Position numbers and translations under genes: made by a program. Below are positions 55,076 through 64,000 of a DNA stretch of 64,000 nucleotides, piece by piece. The stretch is from positions 558,001 to 622,000 of the forward strand of contig CP142729.1 in the NCBI GenBank assembly GCA_036630325.1, read 5' to 3'. How positions within the stretch are numbered: the first letter of the stretch is position 1; each line of letters opens with the position of its first letter. The notes under the pieces were generated by a model. It had not been told where the DNA came from. It did no database searches and saw nothing but the letters and a program-made list of their open reading frames with translations. Source of the stretch: Vairimorpha necatrix. Its lineage: Eukaryota.

Positions 55076-55222
55076 AATGAATTTAATATGAAATAAAAAA
55101 TTTACATTTTTTTATTGTAAAATTTTTTGAATGAATTTAATATGAAATAAAAATTTTATATAATGATTTAATATGAAATAAAAATTTTATATAATGATTT
55201 AATATGAAATAAAAATTTTACA
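55076..55222. repeat. ~32-bp AT-rich tandem repeat between convergent genes
   Basis: Repeated ATTTAATATGAAATAAAAATTT. Confidence 0.75.
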
Positions 55223-55231
55223 TTTTTTTTC

Positions 55232-57454
55232 TCATTCCGTTTTTGATTCAGCCCATTTGAAAAAATTACACGGTTTATAAGATTTTTTACATTTAAAAAA
55301 TTTTCTATTTTTGTTATTTTCTGTAAAAGACATCAAAATCTTAGGCGCGAAATTACATTTACACTTGATTTCTTCAGTAAAATAAAAATTACATTTTACT
55401 GGGATACTGCCGCATTTGTATTTTATTACATTTTCCATTGGGGAATATTGACAAGGCTGTCTACAGAGGCAGAATTTAATGTCATCTTTATTTGAGAATT
55501 TTGAAGATTCAGGATTTTTATTTGGGGCTTTATTTTCTTTGTCATACGCTTTTTTATTGTCATTATCTTTTTTTAAATCTTTTTTTTTTAAATCTTTTTT
55601 ATTAGCGTTGCCTTTTTTATTATCATTATCTTTTTTATTATCAGTAAATCCTTCATTGTTATTATCAGATCTTTTGTCTAAAATGATATTCTCTTTGTTC
55701 AAATTATCTTCTACTATCTGTTTTAATTTATCAATTTGGCCACTTAAAGTAGAATATAAATTGGAATAAAGTAATACTTCTTTTTTTAATACAGAATTCT
55801 TACTAGTTTGTCCATTACAAATATTCTCAAGACTCATTTCTAAATCTTTCCTTAGAAATGGCTTACTAAATGATAAATTTAATTCATTATACCCTTTAAT
55901 CAGACCTATTCCAAGTTTCTCTGGTATTATAAAATTATTCACTTTGGTCGCATACAATCTTTCTTGTATTTTTTGTATGTGTTCGTGGATTGTGGCGTCT
56001 GTTCCTATTCCATTATTATCCATAAGTGTAATCAAATCTGACTCTGTTAAAAATGACGGAGGTGTAGTCTTCCCCGTTATAATATTAAAATCATAGTTAA
56101 AAATTTCTTTGTTGATTTCATATTCGCCAATCTCTTTGTTATTCCATTTATCAAACGTGTAAATATCCAGAAAATTTCTTTCTGTTACTTTTAAACCTTT
56201 AATATAAAAAATTTCTTTGTCTATAATTAATTCGTAATAAGTCTCAAGACCCTTTGCGTCATCACATAAACCTCCGAGAAATCGTCTTACTATGAAATTA
56301 TAAATCGATTTGTCGAGTCCCGACAAATCATTACCTCCTTTTAGTGGGTAAATGGGCGAATGAGCCATGTCATTATTTTTACCCGACCTAGGTAATTTCA
56401 TATTTTCTTTAATAAAATCCACAACCTCAGAATATTCATTGTCAGTCGCGATTTTATGAAGAATTTCTCTAAAATTAAACTTTTTATCAAAAGAATCTGT
56501 CTCTGTTCTCGGATACGAAATATATCCTTTGTTATACAAAGACTCAGCAATGGACATTAATTTATGAGAAGAAATTTTAAAAATCGAAGAACATAATTTC
56601 TGGAACTCGACAGTCCTCAAAGGAAAAGGTTTGAGTTTTGTAACATTTTTTACTTCTTTTTTTACTACAACAGGAACTTTGTCTGATAACATTCTGTGGA
56701 ACAAAGTGACACAATTTTTATCAAAAATTTCACCTCTTTTCCAAGACCAAATGTCATTTTTAGTTTTCAATTCTAAAGAATAAAACGTTTCTTCTTTAAA
56801 CTTTTCAATTTGTAAATATCTTTCAACAACAAATCCCAAAGTTGGTATTTGACAAGGTCCAAAACTAATAACCCGTTTACTACTAAATAAATTTTTCAAA
56901 GCCAATGTTTGTAAAATTGTAAATGATGACCCTATTCTAAGATCCATTTCCATACGACAATCTACAGCATCAGCTTCTTTAATATTAATATCTACCAAGT
57001 TATTTAAAGCATTTATTATATCATTTCTTATAATTCCACTAAACCTAGCTCTTTTAATTTCTATATTCTTTTTAGCTTTTATAATATTTGATATTTGTAA
57101 AGCGATATGTTCACCTTCTCTGTCACAGTCAGTCCAAATAATCACTTTATCGGATTTTAGAGCTTGTTCTTCGATATTTTTTTTTAAGTCTAAAAATTCT
57201 TCCTGGACATTTTTTATTATTGGTTCGTAAAAAAGAGTTTTTGGGTCTATTGATTCCCAAATGTATTTTTGGTGGAAATTTATACTGTAAATGTGGCCTA
57301 AAACACTTGTAAAAATGAAGTTGTCGTCGTTATATTTGAAAAAATTATTTGGGCAATATTTGTGCCTACCGCGTTGTGTGCTAATATTTTGAGATAAAAT
57401 TTTGGAAATTGATTTGGCTACTGAAGGCTTTTCTGCAATGTTTAAGATTAACAT
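55232..57454 (-). CDS. TOP3: DNA topoisomerase III (alpha-type, C-terminal zinc fingers)
   Basis: AEKPSVAK, TDCDREGE, SFGPCQIPTL, ISYPRTE, GIGTDAT; C-terminal Cys/GRF-like motif (NRKFFKC...CNFFKW). Confidence 0.95.
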   Translation of the reverse strand: MLILNIAEKPSVAKSISKILSQNISTQRGRHKYCPNNFFKYNDDNFIFTSVLGHIYSINFHQKYIWESIDPKTLFYEPIIKNVQEEFLDLKKNIEEQALKSDKVIIWTDCDREGEHIALQISNIIKAKKNIEIKRARFSGIIRNDIINALNNLVDINIKEADAVDCRMEMDLRIGSSFTILQTLALKNLFSSKRVISFGPCQIPTLGFVVERYLQIEKFKEETFYSLELKTKNDIWSWKRGEIFDKNCVTLFHRMLSDKVPVVVKKEVKNVTKLKPFPLRTVEFQKLCSSIFKISSHKLMSIAESLYNKGYISYPRTETDSFDKKFNFREILHKIATDNEYSEVVDFIKENMKLPRSGKNNDMAHSPIYPLKGGNDLSGLDKSIYNFIVRRFLGGLCDDAKGLETYYELIIDKEIFYIKGLKVTERNFLDIYTFDKWNNKEIGEYEINKEIFNYDFNIITGKTTPPSFLTESDLITLMDNNGIGTDATIHEHIQKIQERLYATKVNNFIIPEKLGIGLIKGYNELNLSFSKPFLRKDLEMSLENICNGQTSKNSVLKKEVLLYSNLYSTLSGQIDKLKQIVEDNLNKENIILDKRSDNNNEGFTDNKKDNDNKKGNANKKDLKKKDLKKDNDNKKAYDKENKAPNKNPESSKFSNKDDIKFCLCRQPCQYSPMENVIKYKCGSIPVKCNFYFTEEIKCKCNFAPKILMSFTENNKNRKFFKCKKSYKPCNFFKWAESKTE

Positions 57455-57899
57455 CTAATAGGGTGAAAAAAATAGTCCCAAAGAAATATTTTTAGAATTA
57501 TTATGTGGGAGAAGAAATTTAAAAAAAAACAAGGGTATGCATAAAAAAGCAAAAATGTATCGAATGAAATTATACAACTAAGGACAAAATGCATATCGCA
57601 AATTAACAAAGCAAATGTTTGGCATGAAATTATTGTTAGAGGATTTTGACTAATGCATAAAAATTAACATTGATTTAAGTGAACAACCCAAAGCAACTTT
57701 AAATGCAGACTAACTTAAAACATTATTAGACAACATTGTGATACCAAAAAACGACAGTGAAACATAAAAAGAGCTTCAAGCATCAAGTTTAAAAATAAAG
57801 AAAATATAATAAATTTTGAACATGATAACAATGAATATGTACACCCAAGCTGTGCCGATGTTCATTTAAAAAACGAGGCTTGAAATTCAAACATTTAAA

Positions 57900-59400
57900 T
57901 TCTGCGTATTATTGTGTACCACATATTTATCTGATAAGCTCTTTAGAAAAGGCTTTCAAGGAACGAAGAACTAGTACAAGCACTAAAGCCAGACAAACGA
58001 AAAATTATCATAACATTTAATATTTGCTTATATTAGTATATAAACGGGAATTGGCGGCAAAGGACCATACTTCTTACTTTGTTTTAAATTATACAACTAT
58101 GTATAACATCTTAATAATATTAATATCTTATGAAAGCATTCTAAACTATGATTTTAAGGCTACTGATACTACAAAATGTAATGCTGTAAATAATGAATTT
58201 ATTTTCGGTCTTATGTTTAATTTAGATGAGACTATAAGAGCTAAATCTTTAAGTACTGCTTTAAAGAATTCGAAAAACTAAGTAGAGACGCCGAAATACA
58301 AAGATGATAAATTAAGAACACAATCAAGTTCAAATGAATTTTAATAGAGATCAAAGAAGACCCAACAACCAATAAATTGGAGGATCCTCTTGGATTCTAA
58401 TAAGGACTATCTGTTAAGACGCAAGAGCCATACTAAGAACAAGGAGCTTGACGGTAAAGATCTTATCAAGCCCCAAATTGATCTAATATCAAAAGTTATT
58501 TAGATCTTATGGGCAAGCTGCCTGTTAGTCTAATTTAGTTTTGATCATTCTAATAGATTCGAGAGATAACATCTTGCAATAAAATAGCTTAGACAGATAC
58601 TAACACTTATATTTTAACATCAATTTGCTATTAAGGACGCCTTTTGGAAATGAGCAACTGACTCGTATTTACAAGCAGAAGCAAATAATTTAAAATGCAA
58701 AAAAAAGATCAAAAGGAAATATATAATGGAATAATTTAAGCGAATGATAATTTTTGTATCATAGATCCTCTAGAACAATTGCCTCAATAATATTACCATC
58801 CCCATTTTAAGGCTTACAAATAAATAAAAGGCGATCATGATGCAACAGTAATTATAAATTAATGTGGTGAACCAAACTTATTTTTAACAATGAGTGGTTT
58901 TTTTTGTTCTGAGATAAAGAAGATCTGTTTGATGGACCAGATTTAAAAGCAAGAGCATTTAATCTCAAGCCAAGCCTTGGTTGACAATATCTTAGAAGAA
59001 AAATATTTGGAGAATTAAATCTCATATATATAGCACGGGGCTACAGAAGAGGTTTCCCAACGCACACATGCTTTGTATTCCAATAGAAAATTCAGAAAAA
59101 AATTGATGTTTATCTGTTCGCACAAATCCAGGATATAGGTCAAAATTGGGATTGTCGTAGCCGATCAAATACTGGCCAATCATATTTTACAAATAACAGA
59201 TTTGATTGGCTACAAAAAGTATTTAATAACATTTCCAAAAGAGGGGATGGAAACTTCTAATAAAACGTTTGACAGGGATCTTTACAAGAAAAATAGAGGT
59301 TGTGAAATAATTAATTCACAGAGGCTATGTATAGAGGAAGTATTTGTATTAGGGAGGTTCTAAAATAATCTGATTAGTTTACTACAATTAGTAGGAAGAT
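57900..59400 (+). mobile_element. Highly degenerate non-LTR retrotransposon (LINE RT) remnant
   Basis: Decayed matches to GxRQG-P-SP-LF (~58045-58095) and GLMF-D (~58208; cf. LLFADD). No intact ORF; boundaries approximate. Confidence 0.3.
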
Positions 59401-59914
59401 TATCAGGTTACAAAAGAAGAAACAAACATGTGTAGAACACAGGAATACGTATAATGCCTTCTTTGTCCTATATAATAAGCATCTCTTGATCAAATTTAAT
59501 TGTCATATTAATTTATAAGTATGCTATTGTAGAAAGAAGCCTTTATTATTATTAAAATCAAAACACGGGTTTATTTATTATAGAAGACTTAAAGAACTAT
59601 CTGTCAAGTGTCTCAAGACGGGCACTTTCGGATTTGACATGTGTTTCGCTTCCTACACAACCCCACATTTCAAAGCTTAACGTGATTTTGACTTGTCATA
59701 ACCGCTTTCCACTACCTTGTTTCACTTTTGATGAATTAAATCGCAGTTCTACGACTGTTCCTTTATCTTCCTATTTTGGTCAGAGGTTTCGCTTAATGGT
59801 AGAATTAAATTGAACCAAACAACCCTCCCACCTTATGATATCTTTATTATCAGAATTCCCCTTTAAACTCGTGTCGCGTTCTCGTCTGTGAACTTCCAAG
59901 TTCATAATCGCTTG

Positions 59915-62900
59915 TGTGGTATTATAAATACCACAAAATATTTATTTTTATTTTATCAATTTTCCCTTTTTGGAAAATAGACCATTCGACCGGTCTATTC
60001 CAAAAATCGAATATTTATTTCTTTTTTGCCCTGACCCCCACCGGATCATGAAACAAACTAACGATCATTACCCTTGGGAACATAGACCAAGGAAGGGCTA
60101 CCAAGCCAGGGATCAGTATCCCGTAACAGATGCCCAACGAGGCTTATTTAATAACAATAAAATCATTAATTACATCGAACTATATTTATCCAGAGGTAGC
60201 TCCTCTGGACTACGTCATTTTGAATTCAAAGACGGACTAAAGAAAAATAATGATGATAAATTCGCAAACGGCGAATATAGAGAATTTGACATGAAAATTA
60301 AAGGAACCGAAGTCATATGTAAAGAAAAGATTAATATCATAAAGAAGAATTCCGAGATCACAATGAAGCAACTGGAAAAGTTTGAGAGGCTAGCAGTGGC
60401 CAATGGATGGAACGACGAACAGATGGGTTTAATTTATGGAAGTTTGTGTGTTGGTGATCACTTCCAAACTGCGAAAGAAAACACGTCATATTTAAAATTG
60501 AGAATGGCCTTACTTGAAATGGCATATCCCCGAAACATGAAATTTAGGATTACACAAGAGCTTGAAGATGTAAAACAATGCAACTATCGATATCTAGAAG
60601 ACTATATAAAGGATATTTCCCTAAAGTTGGATGCTTATAGCTTTACCAACAGATTAAGTAAGCAGGAGTCAGAGAGAAAGTTCTCAGAAGTATTTTTTAG
60701 AGGACTGGGTGAACAAACAGAAATGGAGCTGTATAAGAATGAAGTAAACACTAGAAGCACCTTAGAAGTGATAGAATATCTAAAAAATCTCGAATCAGGC
60801 ATTCTATCTCAGTTAGGGAAGCGGAATGAAAGTGCAGGTAATTACAACGAACAACGAAACCAGACCAAGTCAAGAACGACCTACTGTAGCACGCACAAAA
60901 GTTTTTCCCATGATACCAGAAACTGCAGGCTACGTAACAACCTACAGGTTACTAAAAATATATCGAAACAAGATGAAGGACGAAATAAAGGAAATAACAT
61001 GGTGATTCAACTAGGAAACAGGAGAGGAAAAAGAGAAGTAAAAATAATTGGAAAAATTCAGACAATACATCATTTATTCTTGATCGATACAGGTTCACAT
61101 TTCAATTTTATAAGTGAAAGAGTGGTTAATCAACATGACCATAAAACTCAGTCTTGCCAACCTTTCACCACGATATTTGGAAATGGAGACGAAAAAACAA
61201 TTACCTCCAAAGTTACAATAAAGATAACTTTCACCCCAAGCATAACTGCCAATGCCGACTTTTATGTTATACAAGATTGTCCCGTAGATTTACTACTAGG
61301 ATCAGATTGGTTAAGCGAGAACAAAGCAACAATTAACTTTACAAGTCAGTCATTGAGGATACATGAAGAGGAAATTCCTTTTATGGACGCAATTCCAAAC
61401 ACAGACGAAGTGTTAAACGAAAGATTAAATAATTTACTTTACGCGTCTACTCCTAATGAACTTCATATATCCCACCTTAAAAAATATCAAAAGCTTAATG
61501 ATAATTTCTCTTATATGAAAATGGATGAAGCCAAGTTCACCATAATAAAGAAACTGAATATGACGCGTCACAAATTCTACAACATTGCGTTTAAATATCA
61601 CGAAGCTGCGAGGAAGGAAGTAAGAAGATTACTGGATGAAAACATTATCGAAAAATCGAGAGCATCGTTTGCAAGTCCTGGATATTTTGTAGAAAAGAAA
61701 ACCGGAGAGTTGAGATTAGTGATAAATTTTAAAGATATAAACGATCACATCGCTGATGACATTTTCTCAATCCCTAGAATAGACGATTGTATACTCAGAA
61801 TGGGAAAGAACAAATACTTTTCTCAAATAGATCTAAAGAACGGATTTAACCAAATTAAGATTGCAAAGGAAAGTAGAGATTTGACCTCCTTTATGATAAT
61901 GGGAGCCCAATACAGGTACAAACGTGTACCCTTTGGTATTAAACCTGGGCCGAAAAATTTTCAAAGATACATTACTGAAATATTACACGAAGTGGACAAT
62001 TGCTTCGTGTATATAGATGACATTGTCTTATTCTCAAAGACAAAGGAAGAACATAACGATCTAATTATTAAAGTTCTAAATAAACTTAAAGAAAAAAATG
62101 TAAAAATAAATTTTGAAAAAAGCAACTTTATGAAAAATGAAATAACGGTACTAGGAAATGTTATTAATGCTGAAGGAGTATTTCCAGCTAATAAAATTAT
62201 TCCCAAAGAAATCTTAGAAAGAAGAATTAAAACAAAAAGAGATGTACAAAAACTCTTAGGTACGATTGGATGGTATAGAAAATTTTTGCCAAAATTATCA
62301 ACAAAATTACTACCTATCACGGATATGCTAAAACAAGGAGCAAAGATAGAATCAACTCAACATATTCAAAATATCATCAAAGAAATAAGTGAATTTATTG
62401 AGAAACGTGCAAAGTTAATTTGCCCAGATTACACTAAATCATTCGTCTTAGAATGCGACGCTTCGGACACAGGAATAGGTAGTGTCTTATACCAAGAAGA
62501 TGGACCAATTGGATATTTCAGCAAAAAATTTGGAAAAGTCGAATTAAATTACAGCATTGTAGAAAAGGAATATCTTGGAATCCTTCTATCACTAATCCAT
62601 TTCAAAAGCATCTTACAAGGAAATTTTGTAGAAGTAAGAACAGATAGCAAAAACTGCTTACACAGCCCAAAGCTCGAGACTTCAAGAATGAGTCGATGGA
62701 AACTTATTATAAATGAATTTAACCATAAATTAATACACATTGAAGGTAAAGAAAACATCATTGCAGATAACTTATCAAGATGTTTCACAATGGTTCAACC
62801 TAATGAGGATGAATACATAAAAATTGTCAAAGACGCAGTAATAAGAGACAAAGGCCAAAGGATAAAAACAAACAAACAAGGTAAGATATACATCAGATCA

Positions 62901-64000
62901 ACCAAGGTAAAGTACTGGTTACAGAAAATCCACCATAATCAAGGACATAGAGGGATCACGACAATGTATAACAACTTAAGGAAATTTTTTTACGTCCCTT
63001 ACTTATTGAAGAAAATCAAACAAGTAGTACAAGATTGCAAAAAATGCAAAGGATACAAATTAACATTTACTAAAAGAGAGGTAGGAGCCCCTATGTGGTC
63101 AGAAAACAAGTTAGAAAGAATTAGTTCGGACATATATGGTCCATTTAGCCTAGATAACTTTAAACATAAAGGCAAACACGAAAAGGCATTTTTAATCACA
63201 ATTACTGATATAAAAACTAGATACACAAAGGTCTACTTATCGTATAAAATAAGAGGGGAAGAAATTATTCAAGCAGTAAACAATTGGATGGAAGTCACGG
63301 AATCTAAACCGTCCGTACTAATAACTGATAATGGAAAACAATATATAAGCAAAGAGTTGGAACAATATCTAAAGGAATCAGACATAAGACATTTACGCAT
63401 TCCAACTTATACACCAAGTTCAAATGGTATCTCAGAGTCAATAAACCGTACCATATCGTTTATACTATCTATTATGAAAGGTGAAAACATACACACAGCA
63501 GTTGGGAAGTGCGAATGGGTAATCAACAATAACTACAACAGGACTATTGGATGTTCACCCAATGCTGCTTTGACGGGAAAGGAATATTACGATCCATTGA
63601 AAAGACCAATACGAATGCGGGAGACAAAACATATACCAATTGCAGTTAAATACAGAATAGGAGACATGGTATATGTAAGAAATTTAACAGCCAAAAAGCT
63701 AGAGCGAAAATATCGGAGGAAGCGAAGAATCACGCAAGTAGGGTCTAAAGGAAAGTGGATAAAGGTCAATGGAATCCACGAATGGATACATGTTAAGAAC
63801 ATAAAGTTTTAGAGGGGGTAGAATGTGGTATTATAAATACCACAAAATATTTATTTTTATTTTATCAATTTTCCCTTTTTGGAAAATAGACCATTCGACC
63901 GGTCTATTCCAAAAATCGAATATTTATTTCTTTTTTGCCCTGACCCCCACCGGATCATGAAACAAACTAACGATCATTACCCTTGGGAACATAGACCAAG
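59915..64000 (+). mobile_element. Intact young Ty3/gypsy LTR retrotransposon (3' LTR runs off the window)
   Basis: LTRs start TGTGGTATT at 59915 and 63824; the 177 bp visible are identical. PPT AGAGGGGGTAGAA 63811-63823; uninterrupted gag-pol ORF. Confidence 0.95.
60048..63812 (+). CDS. Single-ORF Gag-Pol polyprotein (1254 aa)
   Basis: First ATG 60048 after CCCCC. Knuckle CSTHKSFSHDTRNC, PR LIDTGS, RT YIDD, RH CDASD, IN H-x4-H...CKKC, SD, TDNG, SE. Confidence 0.93.
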   Translation: MKQTNDHYPWEHRPRKGYQARDQYPVTDAQRGLFNNNKIINYIELYLSRGSSSGLRHFEFKDGLKKNNDDKFANGEYREFDMKIKGTEVICKEKINIIKKNSEITMKQLEKFERLAVANGWNDEQMGLIYGSLCVGDHFQTAKENTSYLKLRMALLEMAYPRNMKFRITQELEDVKQCNYRYLEDYIKDISLKLDAYSFTNRLSKQESERKFSEVFFRGLGEQTEMELYKNEVNTRSTLEVIEYLKNLESGILSQLGKRNESAGNYNEQRNQTKSRTTYCSTHKSFSHDTRNCRLRNNLQVTKNISKQDEGRNKGNNMVIQLGNRRGKREVKIIGKIQTIHHLFLIDTGSHFNFISERVVNQHDHKTQSCQPFTTIFGNGDEKTITSKVTIKITFTPSITANADFYVIQDCPVDLLLGSDWLSENKATINFTSQSLRIHEEEIPFMDAIPNTDEVLNERLNNLLYASTPNELHISHLKKYQKLNDNFSYMKMDEAKFTIIKKLNMTRHKFYNIAFKYHEAARKEVRRLLDENIIEKSRASFASPGYFVEKKTGELRLVINFKDINDHIADDIFSIPRIDDCILRMGKNKYFSQIDLKNGFNQIKIAKESRDLTSFMIMGAQYRYKRVPFGIKPGPKNFQRYITEILHEVDNCFVYIDDIVLFSKTKEEHNDLIIKVLNKLKEKNVKINFEKSNFMKNEITVLGNVINAEGVFPANKIIPKEILERRIKTKRDVQKLLGTIGWYRKFLPKLSTKLLPITDMLKQGAKIESTQHIQNIIKEISEFIEKRAKLICPDYTKSFVLECDASDTGIGSVLYQEDGPIGYFSKKFGKVELNYSIVEKEYLGILLSLIHFKSILQGNFVEVRTDSKNCLHSPKLETSRMSRWKLIINEFNHKLIHIEGKENIIADNLSRCFTMVQPNEDEYIKIVKDAVIRDKGQRIKTNKQGKIYIRSTKVKYWLQKIHHNQGHRGITTMYNNLRKFFYVPYLLKKIKQVVQDCKKCKGYKLTFTKREVGAPMWSENKLERISSDIYGPFSLDNFKHKGKHEKAFLITITDIKTRYTKVYLSYKIRGEEIIQAVNNWMEVTESKPSVLITDNGKQYISKELEQYLKESDIRHLRIPTYTPSSNGISESINRTISFILSIMKGENIHTAVGKCEWVINNNYNRTIGCSPNAALTGKEYYDPLKRPIRMRETKHIPIAVKYRIGDMVYVRNLTAKKLERKYRRKRRITQVGSKGKWIKVNGIHEWIHVKNIKF

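Overview
AT-rich eukaryotic DNA from a microsporidian, probably Nosematidae (Vairimorpha/Nosema-like). This is inferred from the divergent fungal-type proteins, the near-absence of introns, CCC/GGG motifs just upstream of start codons, and very short intergenic spacers. Compact gene islands alternate with gene-poor tracts of transposon debris. The islands encode alpha-tubulin, a DusA-type synthase, a Ubp8-like DUB, SmF, CCT8, RPS27 (27-nt intron), a REC114-like protein, MTR4, a short SMC1, a Sec66-like protein, a mini-homeodomain, SRP54, RPLP0, a WD40 protein, myosin II, TAF12, RPL29 (missed by the ORF track), RPA49, TOP3 and 4 tRNAs. Mobile DNA includes a tRNA-headed, highly structured ~790-nt SINE-like element (poly(A) tail, TSD) interrupted by a Mutator-like transposon flanked by an anomalous 79-bp duplication. 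There is also a decayed Ty3/gypsy element with a nested solo LTR, an intact young Ty3/gypsy element, and Tc1/IS630, Merlin, gypsy and LINE remnants. The most notable observations are the structured Pol III SINE-like RNA and its MULE insertion; an LTR architecture shared by three families (5' hairpin, host-type CCC motif and gag ATG inside the LTR); a REC114-like meiotic gene; and 33-36 bp bidirectional promoters. All protein calls come from motif recognition by eye; no searches were run.
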